NCBI GenBank assembly: GCA_963752475.1 | Contig: CAVVYR010000024.1 | Span: forward strand, 1 to 33,544 | DNA length: 33,544 bases | DNA from: an uncultured Chloroflexia bacterium | GTDB lineage: Bacteria > Chloroflexota > Limnocylindria > Limnocylindrales > CSP1-4 | Direction: 5' to 3' | In this document: positions 17,457-24,975 of the stretch, piece after piece | Numbering within the stretch: position 1 is the stretch's first letter | Layout of the letters: each line of letters opens with the position of its first letter | Translations under genes and position numbers: made by a program | Notes under the pieces: generated by a model | The model's input: the letters and a program-made list of their open reading frames with translations, nothing else | Databases searched by the model: none | Told to the model about the DNA's origin: nothing

Positions 17457-18273
17457 CGGCCAGCACCGGGATGGCGGCACGCAGGATGGTGCGGTAGTCA
17501 GCGTGCGCTCGGTGGGTCATGTCCAGCACGGGACCAAGATCGATGGGCGGCCCGATACCGGCCGACATCGTCGAGACGAACGTGAAGGCCACGACCCTCA
17601 TGCCCGCGTGGTAGCCGGCCATGACCTCCGGTAGGAACGAGTTCGAGGAGATGGAGCAGCCGGCCATCTGCGCCAGGCGGATCTCGGCCGGTGTCTCGAA
17701 GCTGGGGCCGGTCCAGTAGCCGGCGACGCCGGTAGGAAGGCGCACGCCGGCAGCCTCGACCGCGGCGACCACACGGCTCGTTAGCCTTGCTTCGTAGAGT
17801 TCGGCCATCGAGACGTAGGGCGTGTCCCATCCCTGGCCGTAGCGCTCGACCGACAGCGGGTTGAAGCCACTGAAGTTGATGTGGTCGGTGAAGGCCAGGA
17901 ACGAGCCCGGGGTCACGTCCTCCCGCATCGAGCCGGAGTTGGCCGAGTAGAGCAGCGTGCGACAGCCGGCACGGGCCAGCGCGCGCGCGGGCAGGCCGCT
18001 CTCCTGCCAGGTGGCGTCGTCGCAGGGCAGGACCTTGGCCTTGACAGCGGCGACGGTCACACCGTCCAGCTCGCCGACATCGACCTCGTTGACGTGGTCG
18101 GGGATTGCGCTGGGGCGGAAGCCCAGATCCGCGAAGGGGATCGTCACGCGACCCTCGAGGATGTCGGTGCAGGGGGCGAAGCCGGTGCCGCATATGACGC
18201 CGACCGCCGGTGCACGTCCAGCACGCTCGCAGATGGTGGCGGCTGCCTCGTCGGCAGCGGCTCGAGTGTCCAT
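17449..18273 (-). CDS. divergent trimeric-type purine nucleoside phosphorylase (PunA/XapA-like)
   Basis: ICGTG, TDHINFSGFNPL, GPSFETPAEIR, PEV; several canonical active-site residues substituted. Confidence 0.82.
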   Translation of the reverse strand: MDTRAAADEAAATICERAGRAPAVGVICGTGFAPCTDILEGRVTIPFADLGFRPSAIPDHVNEVDVGELDGVTVAAVKAKVLPCDDATWQESGLPARALARAGCRTLLYSANSGSMREDVTPGSFLAFTDHINFSGFNPLSVERYGQGWDTPYVSMAELYEARLTSRVVAAVEAAGVRLPTGVAGYWTGPSFETPAEIRLAQMAGCSISSNSFLPEVMAGYHAGMRVVAFTFVSTMSAGIGPPIDLGPVLDMTHRAHADYRTILRAAIPVLADG

Positions 18274-18311
18274 GGCTTCAGCATAGGGCCCGCGAGGCCC
18301 ACCCGATCACC

Positions 18312-18341
18312 TTGCCGCTGCACCTGCCGCGAACGTAGACT
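18312..18341 (+). promoter_or_regulatory. sigma70-type promoter for the ABC operon
   Basis: TTGCCG-N18-TAGACT about 30 nt upstream of GTG 18373. Confidence 0.5.
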
Positions 18342-18372
18342 CGGAGTGGCTACGCGTGTACGGAGGTTCGTC

Positions 18373-20001
18373 GTGAAAAGGTTGCTCTCTTCCCTGCTGC
18401 TCAGCATCGTGCTGGCGGCCGCCATACTCCCATCGGTCGTCGTGTCGGCGGAGGGCGTCGAGCCACAGCACGGCGGACGCCTGGAGCTCGTGGCTGCCAA
18501 CGACCTCATCACGCTCGACAACAGCCAGGTGCTGGATCTCGACTACAACATGGTCGCGGGCGCGCTGTACGAGGGCTTGTATCACTTCAACCCCGAGGGT
18601 GAGCTCGAAGCCGCCTTGGCCGACGGGATGCCGGAGGTCTCCGAGGATGGCCTCGTATACACCTTCAAGCTCAAGCCCGGTGCGATGTTCGCTGGCCCGG
18701 ACTTCGAACCGCGCGAGGTGACCGCAGCCGATGTGGCCTACGGCATGGAGCGCGCACTGAGCCCTGCCCCAGTGGGGGCGCCCGCCCCGTCGTGGGGTAG
18801 TGGCTACCTCTTCCCCATCAAGGGCGCGGCGGCGTTCAACGCCGGCGAGGCCGACTCGGTCGAGGGCCTCAAGGTCATCGACGATCGAACCCTCGAGGTC
18901 ACGCTCGAGGCGCCCACGACCACGTTCCTGCTGGGCCTGACCATCGCCACCAGCTGGCCTGTGCCGCGGGAGGCGGTGGCAGAGCGCGGCGAGGACTTCG
19001 GCAACAGCCCTGTCGGCGCCGGGCCCTTCTACGTGGCCGAGTGGAACAAGGGCTCGGACATCACCATCGTGCGCAACCCCGGCTACGTCGATCCGGAGCT
19101 GCCGTACCTCGATGAGATCTTCGTCGACCTGGGCGTGGACGAAAACACACAGAAGCTGCGTCTCGAGACGGGCGAGACCGACGGCGTCTTCGACCAGTTC
19201 GCGCTCTCGCCACAGTCGCTGCGTGAGCTCGAGGATGCACCCGGCGTGACGCTCGTCGACTCCGTCGGCCCGCGCATCTTCTACCTCGCGCTCAACAACG
19301 ACGGCATCTTCGCGGACAAGGATCTGCGGCAGGCCGTGGCCCACGCCATGACCACCGACTTCACCGTCCGCTTCGGTGGCCTGGCCAAGCCCTGGAACCA
19401 GCTCATCAGCTCCACCTCGGTGCAGTCCGATCCGGAGGGGACCGTTACCTATGCTCACGATCCGGAGGCTGCGGCGGCGCTGCTGGAGTCGGTGGGCTAC
19501 GACGGCAGCCCGGTCAAGGTGGTCTACGACGTCACCGATCCGTACACCACGCAGAACGCCACGGCCCTGACCCAGGACCTGGAGGCTGTCGGGTTCACGG
19601 TCGAGCTCATCGGCTTGCAGAAGGGCGAGTTCTACAACGCCATCTACGACCCCGCAGCCTTCGACATCTCGTCGACGTACTGGAGCGCGGACTATCCCGA
19701 CGCGCAAGACTTCATCTCGACGAACTTCATCTGCGACACGATCGACGTGCTCAACATCTCGCGCTTCTGCGACGAGGCCATCGACGAGGCCTTCTTCGCC
19801 ACCGAATCGATGGAGTTCGGCCCTGAGCGTGATGCGGCACTCCTCGACGTCCAGCAGCGGCTCATCGACGAGCTGGCCGGCATCCCGGTGATGGAGGTCA
19901 CGCCCAAGTCCGTCTTCACCGAGCGCGTCGGAGACATCCCCACCATCGCCACTTACGCGCCCTTCTTCTGGGCCGAGGCCTGGGTGAAGGCAGACGCCTG
20001 A
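18373..20001 (+). CDS. ABC transporter substrate-binding protein, family 5 (OppA/DppA-like)
   Basis: GTG 18373 after GGAGG; signal peptide without lipobox Cys; LYEGLY, VSEDGLVYTFKLK, PVGAGPF, LRQAVAHA, WSADYPD. Confidence 0.93.
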   Translation: MKRLLSSLLLSIVLAAAILPSVVVSAEGVEPQHGGRLELVAANDLITLDNSQVLDLDYNMVAGALYEGLYHFNPEGELEAALADGMPEVSEDGLVYTFKLKPGAMFAGPDFEPREVTAADVAYGMERALSPAPVGAPAPSWGSGYLFPIKGAAAFNAGEADSVEGLKVIDDRTLEVTLEAPTTTFLLGLTIATSWPVPREAVAERGEDFGNSPVGAGPFYVAEWNKGSDITIVRNPGYVDPELPYLDEIFVDLGVDENTQKLRLETGETDGVFDQFALSPQSLRELEDAPGVTLVDSVGPRIFYLALNNDGIFADKDLRQAVAHAMTTDFTVRFGGLAKPWNQLISSTSVQSDPEGTVTYAHDPEAAAALLESVGYDGSPVKVVYDVTDPYTTQNATALTQDLEAVGFTVELIGLQKGEFYNAIYDPAAFDISSTYWSADYPDAQDFISTNFICDTIDVLNISRFCDEAIDEAFFATESMEFGPERDAALLDVQQRLIDELAGIPVMEVTPKSVFTERVGDIPTIATYAPFFWAEAWVKADA

Positions 20002-20014
20002 TCCTCAAGGGTCC

Positions 20015-20995
20015 GTGACCACGGCCCTACCGATGACAGCGCCTCTGCTGGCCGTCGAGGGCCTGTGGGTCACGTCGGCGGCCGGCGACATCCTGCGGGG
20101 GGTCGACCTGTCCGTGCCCCGAGGCAGCGTGGTGGGCGTGGTGGGCGAGTCCGGCTGCGGCAAGTCCACGCTCGGTCTGGCGGTGCTCGGGCTGCTGGGG
20201 CGTACGCGGGAGATCAGTGGCGGCGAGATCCGGCTCGATGGCGAGCGCATCGGCGCGCCCGGTTTCGATGGCACGGCCGGGCTGAGGGGTACGCGCGTCA
20301 GCTTCGTGCCCCAAGATCCGTTCCGCTCCTTCGACCCGCTGCGCCGTGTCGGTCCGCAGGTCCGGCGCCCGCTGGAGCTGCATCGCGGTCTGTCCGCCGG
20401 CGAAGCCGACCTTCGAGTCACAGATCTGCTGTCCCGCCTGGGCGTGGCGGAGCCCGAAGGCGTCATGGGCCGCTACCCGCACGAGCTCTCGGGCGGGCTG
20501 CTGCAGCGAGCGACCATCGCCACCGCCCTCTCTTGTGAGCCGGAGCTGGTCATCGCCGACGAGCCCACGACCGCGCTGGACGCCCTGGTGCAGGTCCAGG
20601 TCATCGATTCGTTCCTGCCGCTGGTGCGAGAGCTCGGTACGAGCGTCGTGGTCATCACCCACGACCTACGGCTTCTGGAGCGCATGGCCGACCACATCGC
20701 GGCGATGTACGCCGGCCGGATGGTGGAGTTCGGACCGGCCGCACGGTTGCTGCGTGAGCCCCGGCACCCGTATCCGGCTGCGCTGCTGGAGTCGTCCGTT
20801 CGGGCCGCCCGGCCCGGAGAGCGACTGCAGGTCATCGAGGGTCAGCCGCCGACGCTGCCAGGGACGTTCTCCGCCTGCGCCTTCGCGCCCCGGTGTCCGG
20901 CGGCGCAGCAGCGCTGTCTCGACGAGGAGCCGCGCTACGACTGGCCGGCCGACGAGGGCGTCGCCTGCCACTTCCCGTTGGAGCGCGGCTCGTGA
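20015..20995 (+). CDS. oligopeptide/dipeptide ABC ATP-binding protein (OppD/DppD-like)
   Basis: GESGCGKS, YPHELSGG, IADEPTTALD, ITHDL, C-terminal HPY…CAFAPRC…C…ACH; alternative start ATG 20033. Confidence 0.93.
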   Translation: MTTALPMTAPLLAVEGLWVTSAAGDILRGVDLSVPRGSVVGVVGESGCGKSTLGLAVLGLLGRTREISGGEIRLDGERIGAPGFDGTAGLRGTRVSFVPQDPFRSFDPLRRVGPQVRRPLELHRGLSAGEADLRVTDLLSRLGVAEPEGVMGRYPHELSGGLLQRATIATALSCEPELVIADEPTTALDALVQVQVIDSFLPLVRELGTSVVVITHDLRLLERMADHIAAMYAGRMVEFGPAARLLREPRHPYPAALLESSVRAARPGERLQVIEGQPPTLPGTFSACAFAPRCPAAQQRCLDEEPRYDWPADEGVACHFPLERGS

Positions 20996-21858
20996 TCGGC
21001 CCGACGCCGATCCCGGCGCCCGCTGCGACGCGCGCGGGCGAGCCTCGGCCGTGGGGCTTGTGGATCGGCGCGGGGATGCTGTTCGTGCTCGTGGCGCTGG
21101 TGGTCCTCTACCCACTGCTGTCGCCGGTCGACCCGACATACGAGTCGCTCGATGGTCTGACCGAATTCGGCGAACCCCTGCCCGTCGCAGCCGACGGCTA
21201 TCCACTCGGTACCGACCCACGAGGACGGGACATGCTCGCGCGCACGATCCACGCCGGCGGCCTGACGATGCTGACCGCGCTCTCGGCCGTGGCCATCGCC
21301 ACCCTCGCGGGTGTGGCCGTGGGACTCCTGGCCGCCAACACGAAGCGCTTCGCGGGATCGGTCCTGATGCGCTTCACCGACCTCGGCCTGGCCATCCCCG
21401 GGCTGCTGCTCGCGGCATCGTTCTCGACCATCCTCGGCCGCGGCACGCTCTCGCTGATCGTCGGCCTCGCGGCCGTCTTCTGGGCACCCATCGCTCGTGT
21501 CACGTACGGGCAGGCGGTCGTGCTTCGGGAGCGGAACTACGTGGAGGCGGCACGTGTCATGGGCGGCGGGGCCAGCACGGTGCTGCTACGTCACATCCTG
21601 CCTCACCTGTTGCCCGTGGTCGGCGCCTATGCCGCGCTCTCGGTGGGCTGGGCGGTGCTCTTCGAGTCGGCGCTGGGGTTCCTCGGCGCGGGCGTGCAGG
21701 AGCCAGAGGCGTCGATCGGCTCGATGCTTGAGGCGCATCGCAGCTACTACCGCAGCCACCCGGCGCTGATCATCATCCCCGCGGTCTTCCTGGCCGTGCT
21801 GGTGATGGCCGCCAACCTCGTGGGTGAGGCGTTGCGCACGCGGACCGAGGAACGCTGA
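20992..21858 (+). CDS. ABC permease (OppC/DppC-like)
   Basis: PLGTDPRGRDMLAR, YVEAARVMG, RHILP, ESALGFLG; GTGA overlap with the ATPase stop. Confidence 0.9.
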   Translation: MIGPTPIPAPAATRAGEPRPWGLWIGAGMLFVLVALVVLYPLLSPVDPTYESLDGLTEFGEPLPVAADGYPLGTDPRGRDMLARTIHAGGLTMLTALSAVAIATLAGVAVGLLAANTKRFAGSVLMRFTDLGLAIPGLLLAASFSTILGRGTLSLIVGLAAVFWAPIARVTYGQAVVLRERNYVEAARVMGGGASTVLLRHILPHLLPVVGAYAALSVGWAVLFESALGFLGAGVQEPEASIGSMLEAHRSYYRSHPALIIIPAVFLAVLVMAANLVGEALRTRTEER

Positions 21859-22778
21859 TGGGCTGGTATATCGCGCGACGGCTGGCTGCGGCGCTGATCA
21901 CGGTCTGGATCGTGGCCACAGCCGGATTCCTGCTCGTGGAACTCATCCCCGGCGACCCCGCCCGGCAGCTCGCCGGCCCTGGAGCGTCCGCCGAGACTCT
22001 GGCCAGCATCCGCGAGGCCTACGGATTCGACGATCCGCTGCCGGTGCGATACGTCGAGGCGATGGCGCGCATGGCGCAGGGCGACCTCGGCTACAGCTTC
22101 GCCAAGGCGGAGCCGGTGACCGATGCGCTCCTGCGTTCGCTGCCGACGACGCTACTGCTGACCGGTCTGGCCTTCCTGGTGGAGGTGCTCATCGCCATCC
22201 CGCTCGCCCTCTGGGTCGTCAGCCGTGGCGGGTTCGTCGACCGCCTGCTGGTGATCCTGGCCGGCTTCACCGCGGCCATCCCGGCCTTCCTGGTGGGCCT
22301 GCTGCTGATCTACGTCTTCGCCTTCCGGCTGCGCATCTTCCCCCTCGGCGGCGGTGGCTCACCGGCGGCGTACATCCTGCCGGTGCTTACGCTGGGCATC
22401 CCCTTCGGGCTGGTGCTGGCGCGCTTGCTGCGCACGTCGCTCCTGGAGCAGCGCAGCCAGCCCTACGTCGCCTTCAGCGAGGCCATGGGTGAGTCGGCCT
22501 GGTCGGTGCGCTGGCGGCATTTGCTGCCCAACGCGTTGCTGCCGCTGCTGTCGATCCTGGCGCTGGACCTCGCGGGACTCTTCTCGAGCGTGGCCGTCGT
22601 CGAGGTGGCCTTCTCCATGCCGGGACTCGGGGCCGACCTGCTGCTCGGACTCAGGCGCCTCGATACCGCGCTCATCGTGGGCATCGGCATCATCGCCGGC
22701 CTGCTCGTCGCGTTCGTGAACCTGCTTGCGGACCTGGCCGTCATCGCCATCGACCCACGGGTACGACGGAGCACCTAG
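21858..22778 (+). CDS. ABC permease (OppB/DppB-like)
   Basis: YIARRL, IPGDPA, GDLGYSF, HLLPNAL, VEVAFSMPGLG; TGATG overlap. Confidence 0.92.
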   Translation: MGWYIARRLAAALITVWIVATAGFLLVELIPGDPARQLAGPGASAETLASIREAYGFDDPLPVRYVEAMARMAQGDLGYSFAKAEPVTDALLRSLPTTLLLTGLAFLVEVLIAIPLALWVVSRGGFVDRLLVILAGFTAAIPAFLVGLLLIYVFAFRLRIFPLGGGGSPAAYILPVLTLGIPFGLVLARLLRTSLLEQRSQPYVAFSEAMGESAWSVRWRHLLPNALLPLLSILALDLAGLFSSVAVVEVAFSMPGLGADLLLGLRRLDTALIVGIGIIAGLLVAFVNLLADLAVIAIDPRVRRST

Positions 22779-22864
22779 CCGACCGGGCGACCAGGGCATC
22801 TCTGGTCGGCTGGGGCAGTCGGCCGCGCAGCGTCGCTTCTTTCGGCGCCCGGGGCGGCCCGGCC

Positions 22865-23032
22865 GGATCGTGTCGCCCCCATCGACGCCAGCAGCCGCTC
22901 GTGGCCGGTCGTCGCCCGTGGGGGCCGGCTGGATCGTGTCGTCCCCATCGACGCCAGCAGCCGCTCGTGGCCGGTCGTCGCCCCCATCGACGCCAGCAGC
23001 CGCTCGTGGCCGGTCGTCGCCCCCATCGACGC
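22865..23032. repeat. 39-bp tandem repeat (three full copies and one partial), related to the arm of the 186-bp element
   Basis: GTCGCCCCCATCGACGCCAGCAGCCGCTCGTGGCCGGTC at 22872, 22938 (one mismatch) and 22977, partial at 23016-23032; copies 1 and 2 are both preceded by GGATCGT. Confidence 0.9.
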
Positions 23033-23054
23033 TATCGGCCCAGCCGGCCGGTTC

Positions 23055-23240
23055 CTGTGGTCAACCGTCGTGGGAGTCGACCGTAGTCGCACACCGCGAC
23101 CAGCTCGTGCCTCCGAGCCACTCGCATCCGGTGTCGCCTATGCCCTGCCACGCTCAGCGCTGGTGGCCGATCGTCCCGTCGACCCCGGACCGGTGGCTAC
23201 GAGCAGGACTACGGTCGACTCGGACGACATCTGTCCACAG
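23055..23240. mobile_element. 186-bp non-coding element with 34-bp imperfect terminal inverted repeats (REPIN/MITE-like), copy 1
   Basis: IR 23055-23088 vs 23207-23240 match at 28/34; colinear second copy at 32628-32813. Confidence 0.7.
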
Positions 23241-23270
23241 CGGCACCGCGGGTAGGGTTCGCGAGGGAGG

Positions 23271-23446
23271 GCCTGGGCCGGTGCGCCCGGGCAGGTGCGT
23301 TTCACTGGGCGCCTGGGCAGGTGCGTTTCACTGGGCGCCCGGGCAGGTGCGTCCTGGGCGCCGGGCAGGTGCGCCTGGGCAGGTGCGTTTCACTGGGCGC
23401 CCGGGCAGGTGCGCCTGGGCCGGTGCGTTTCACTGGGCGCCTGGGC
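23271..23446. repeat. mosaic tandem repeat of 26-bp and 14-bp units overlapping the ATPase stop codon
   Basis: GGGCAGGTGC modules; GTTTCACTGGGCGCC at 23299, 23325, 23387 and 23427. Confidence 0.9.
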
Positions 23447-24248
23447 GGCGCTCGACCTGTTCAACCGCGGGCTCCTTGCCCGTCGCGGCAAGCAACGCCT
23501 TCGTGTACTCGTGCTGCGGTCGCTCGAAGATCTCGTCACGGGTGCTGCTCTCGACGACCCGCCCCTCGCGCATGACCGAGACGCGATGACTGATGTGCCG
23601 CACGACAGCGAGGTCGTGGGCGATGAAGAGGTACGCGAGCCCGCGCTCGGCCTGCAGGTCCATGAGCAGGTTCAGGATCTGGCCCTGGACGGAGACATCG
23701 AGCGCAGAGACGGGCTCGTCACAGATGATCAGGTCCGGCTCCAGCGCCAAGGCGCGCGCGATGCCGACGCGCTGCAGCTGGCCACCGGAGAACGAGCTCG
23801 GCCGCCGATCGCCCAGCGAGGGGTCGATGCCCACTCGCCCCAACAGCTCATCGGCACGTCGTCGTCGCTCGTGGCTGTCGTAGAGCCGGTGGATGACCCA
23901 CGGCTCGGCCACGATGTCGCGCACCCGGAAACGCGGATCGACCGAGGAGTACGGGTCCTGGTAGATGAGCTGCATGTGCTTGCGCATCTCACGGAGCTCG
24001 GCACCGTCGAGAGCGAACAGGTCCTGGCCACGGAAGGTGGCCGTCCCGGCGTCGGGCTCGACGAGGCGCAGCAGGATGCGGCCGGTGGTCGACTTGCCGG
24101 ATCCCGACTCACCCACGAGCCCATGGGTCTGTCCGGGCTCGATGGCCAGCGAGACGTCCTGGACCGCCCGGACCTCACGCCGGCCCGAGCCACGGCCGCT
24201 CCGGAACGTCTTGGAGAGGCCGTGGGCGTCGAGGAGCGGTTCGGGCAT
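23430..24248 (-). CDS. oligopeptide ABC ATP-binding protein (OppF/DppF-like, no C-terminal Cys domain)
   Basis: MPEPLL start at ATG 24248; GESGSGKST, FSGGQLQR, ICDEPVSALDVSVQ, IAHDL, PQHEYTKALL. Confidence 0.92.
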   Translation of the reverse strand: MPEPLLDAHGLSKTFRSGRGSGRREVRAVQDVSLAIEPGQTHGLVGESGSGKSTTGRILLRLVEPDAGTATFRGQDLFALDGAELREMRKHMQLIYQDPYSSVDPRFRVRDIVAEPWVIHRLYDSHERRRRADELLGRVGIDPSLGDRRPSSFSGGQLQRVGIARALALEPDLIICDEPVSALDVSVQGQILNLLMDLQAERGLAYLFIAHDLAVVRHISHRVSVMREGRVVESSTRDEIFERPQHEYTKALLAATGKEPAVEQVERRPGAQ

Positions 24249-24301
24249 AGCCCGACTGTAGCGTTGCGATCGGCGCTGGACGGCGGTGCGACACTGCGGC
24301 G

Positions 24302-24679
24302 ATGAACGAGAACCCTGCCGCCACGACCGCCACCCGCTACTCGTGGGACGCGATCGAGCCGGATCATCCCATCGAAAGGGCCACCCGCCGACTCGTGAAG
24401 GGGGAGCGAGCGATGGTCGCACGCTTCGTCCTCGATGCGGGCCTCGACGTGCAGCCCCACGTCCATCACAACGAGCAGATCACGATGATCCTCGAAGGGC
24501 GGCTGCTGGTTCGCATCGGCACCATCGGCTCGGACGAGATCCGCGAGGAAGTGCTGGGCTCGGGCGAGGTCATCGTGTTCCCGGCGTTCGTGCCGCATGG
24601 GTTCCAGGCCCTCGAGCGCGTGGTCGCCTTCGACGTGTTCAGCCCGCCCAGCGCCAAGACCGGCATCGACCAGAGCTAG
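24302..24679 (+). CDS. cupin_2 domain protein
   Basis: PHVHHNEQITMILEG, PAFVPHG, DVFSPP. Confidence 0.9.
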   Translation: MNENPAATTATRYSWDAIEPDHPIERATRRLVKGERAMVARFVLDAGLDVQPHVHHNEQITMILEGRLLVRIGTIGSDEIREEVLGSGEVIVFPAFVPHGFQALERVVAFDVFSPPSAKTGIDQS

Positions 24680-24910
24680 GCGGCCGATACCCACCCCTCT
24701 CCCTCCATCGGGCGCTTCTATCGCACACGCGCGGGGTTTATGAATACGTGTGCACTAGGCCCGGTCCACACGGGCCGGTCGGCCCTGTCTGGCCACCTGC
24801 ACCGAGGAAGACGCTGAGCGCAACCGAATAGCTCGAGCCACCGGAGGCTTTCCCCCTGGCTGACCGACGACCCGAGTCGTGGGCCATGTCTGACACATAG
24901 CCGTCCGAAA

Positions 24911-24974
24911 ACTACGCCCGCGGTAACCGTGGTGACGCGCGGTCCGCGGGTGTTTGAGCACGAAGAGGCGTAGT
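24911..24974 (+). promoter_or_regulatory. structured 5' leader of the hdr-mvh operon with alternative helices over the RBS
   Basis: ACTACGCC (24911-18) is complementary to GGCGTAGT (24967-74); competing hairpin at 24914-24953. Confidence 0.4.
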
Positions 24975-24975
24975 G

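Noticed and set aside
17881-18372. ORF-track N-terminal extensions (binding protein from 17881, hdrB from 25086, OppF-like from 24422, META from 54, FGGY from 14382, permease from 20893)
   Set aside because: They overlap neighbouring genes or lack start signals; downstream starts have an RBS, translational coupling or a leaderless promoter
22865-23032. CRISPR array from the 39-bp repeats
   Set aside because: Copies 2-4 are directly head-to-tail; only one intervening segment exists and it is partly repeat-derived
23231-23240. DnaA boxes / replication origin
   Set aside because: Only isolated imperfect 9-mers at element ends; no box cluster, AT-rich unwinding region or dnaA/dnaN context
23271-23446. 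CRISPR array (GTTTCA-containing repeats)
   Set aside because: Units are contiguous, with no unique spacers of constant length, and there are no cas genes in the window
22726-23589. ORFs spanning the repeat gap (22726-23589 +, 22775-23092 -, 23295-24305 +)
   Set aside because: Translations simply reflect the DNA repeats, overlap real genes and carry no protein motifs
24738-24757. Rex or CRP/FNR operator upstream of hdrC
   Set aside because: Half-sites are degenerate and the spacing fits neither TTGTGAA-N4-TTCACAA nor TGTGA-N6-TCACA
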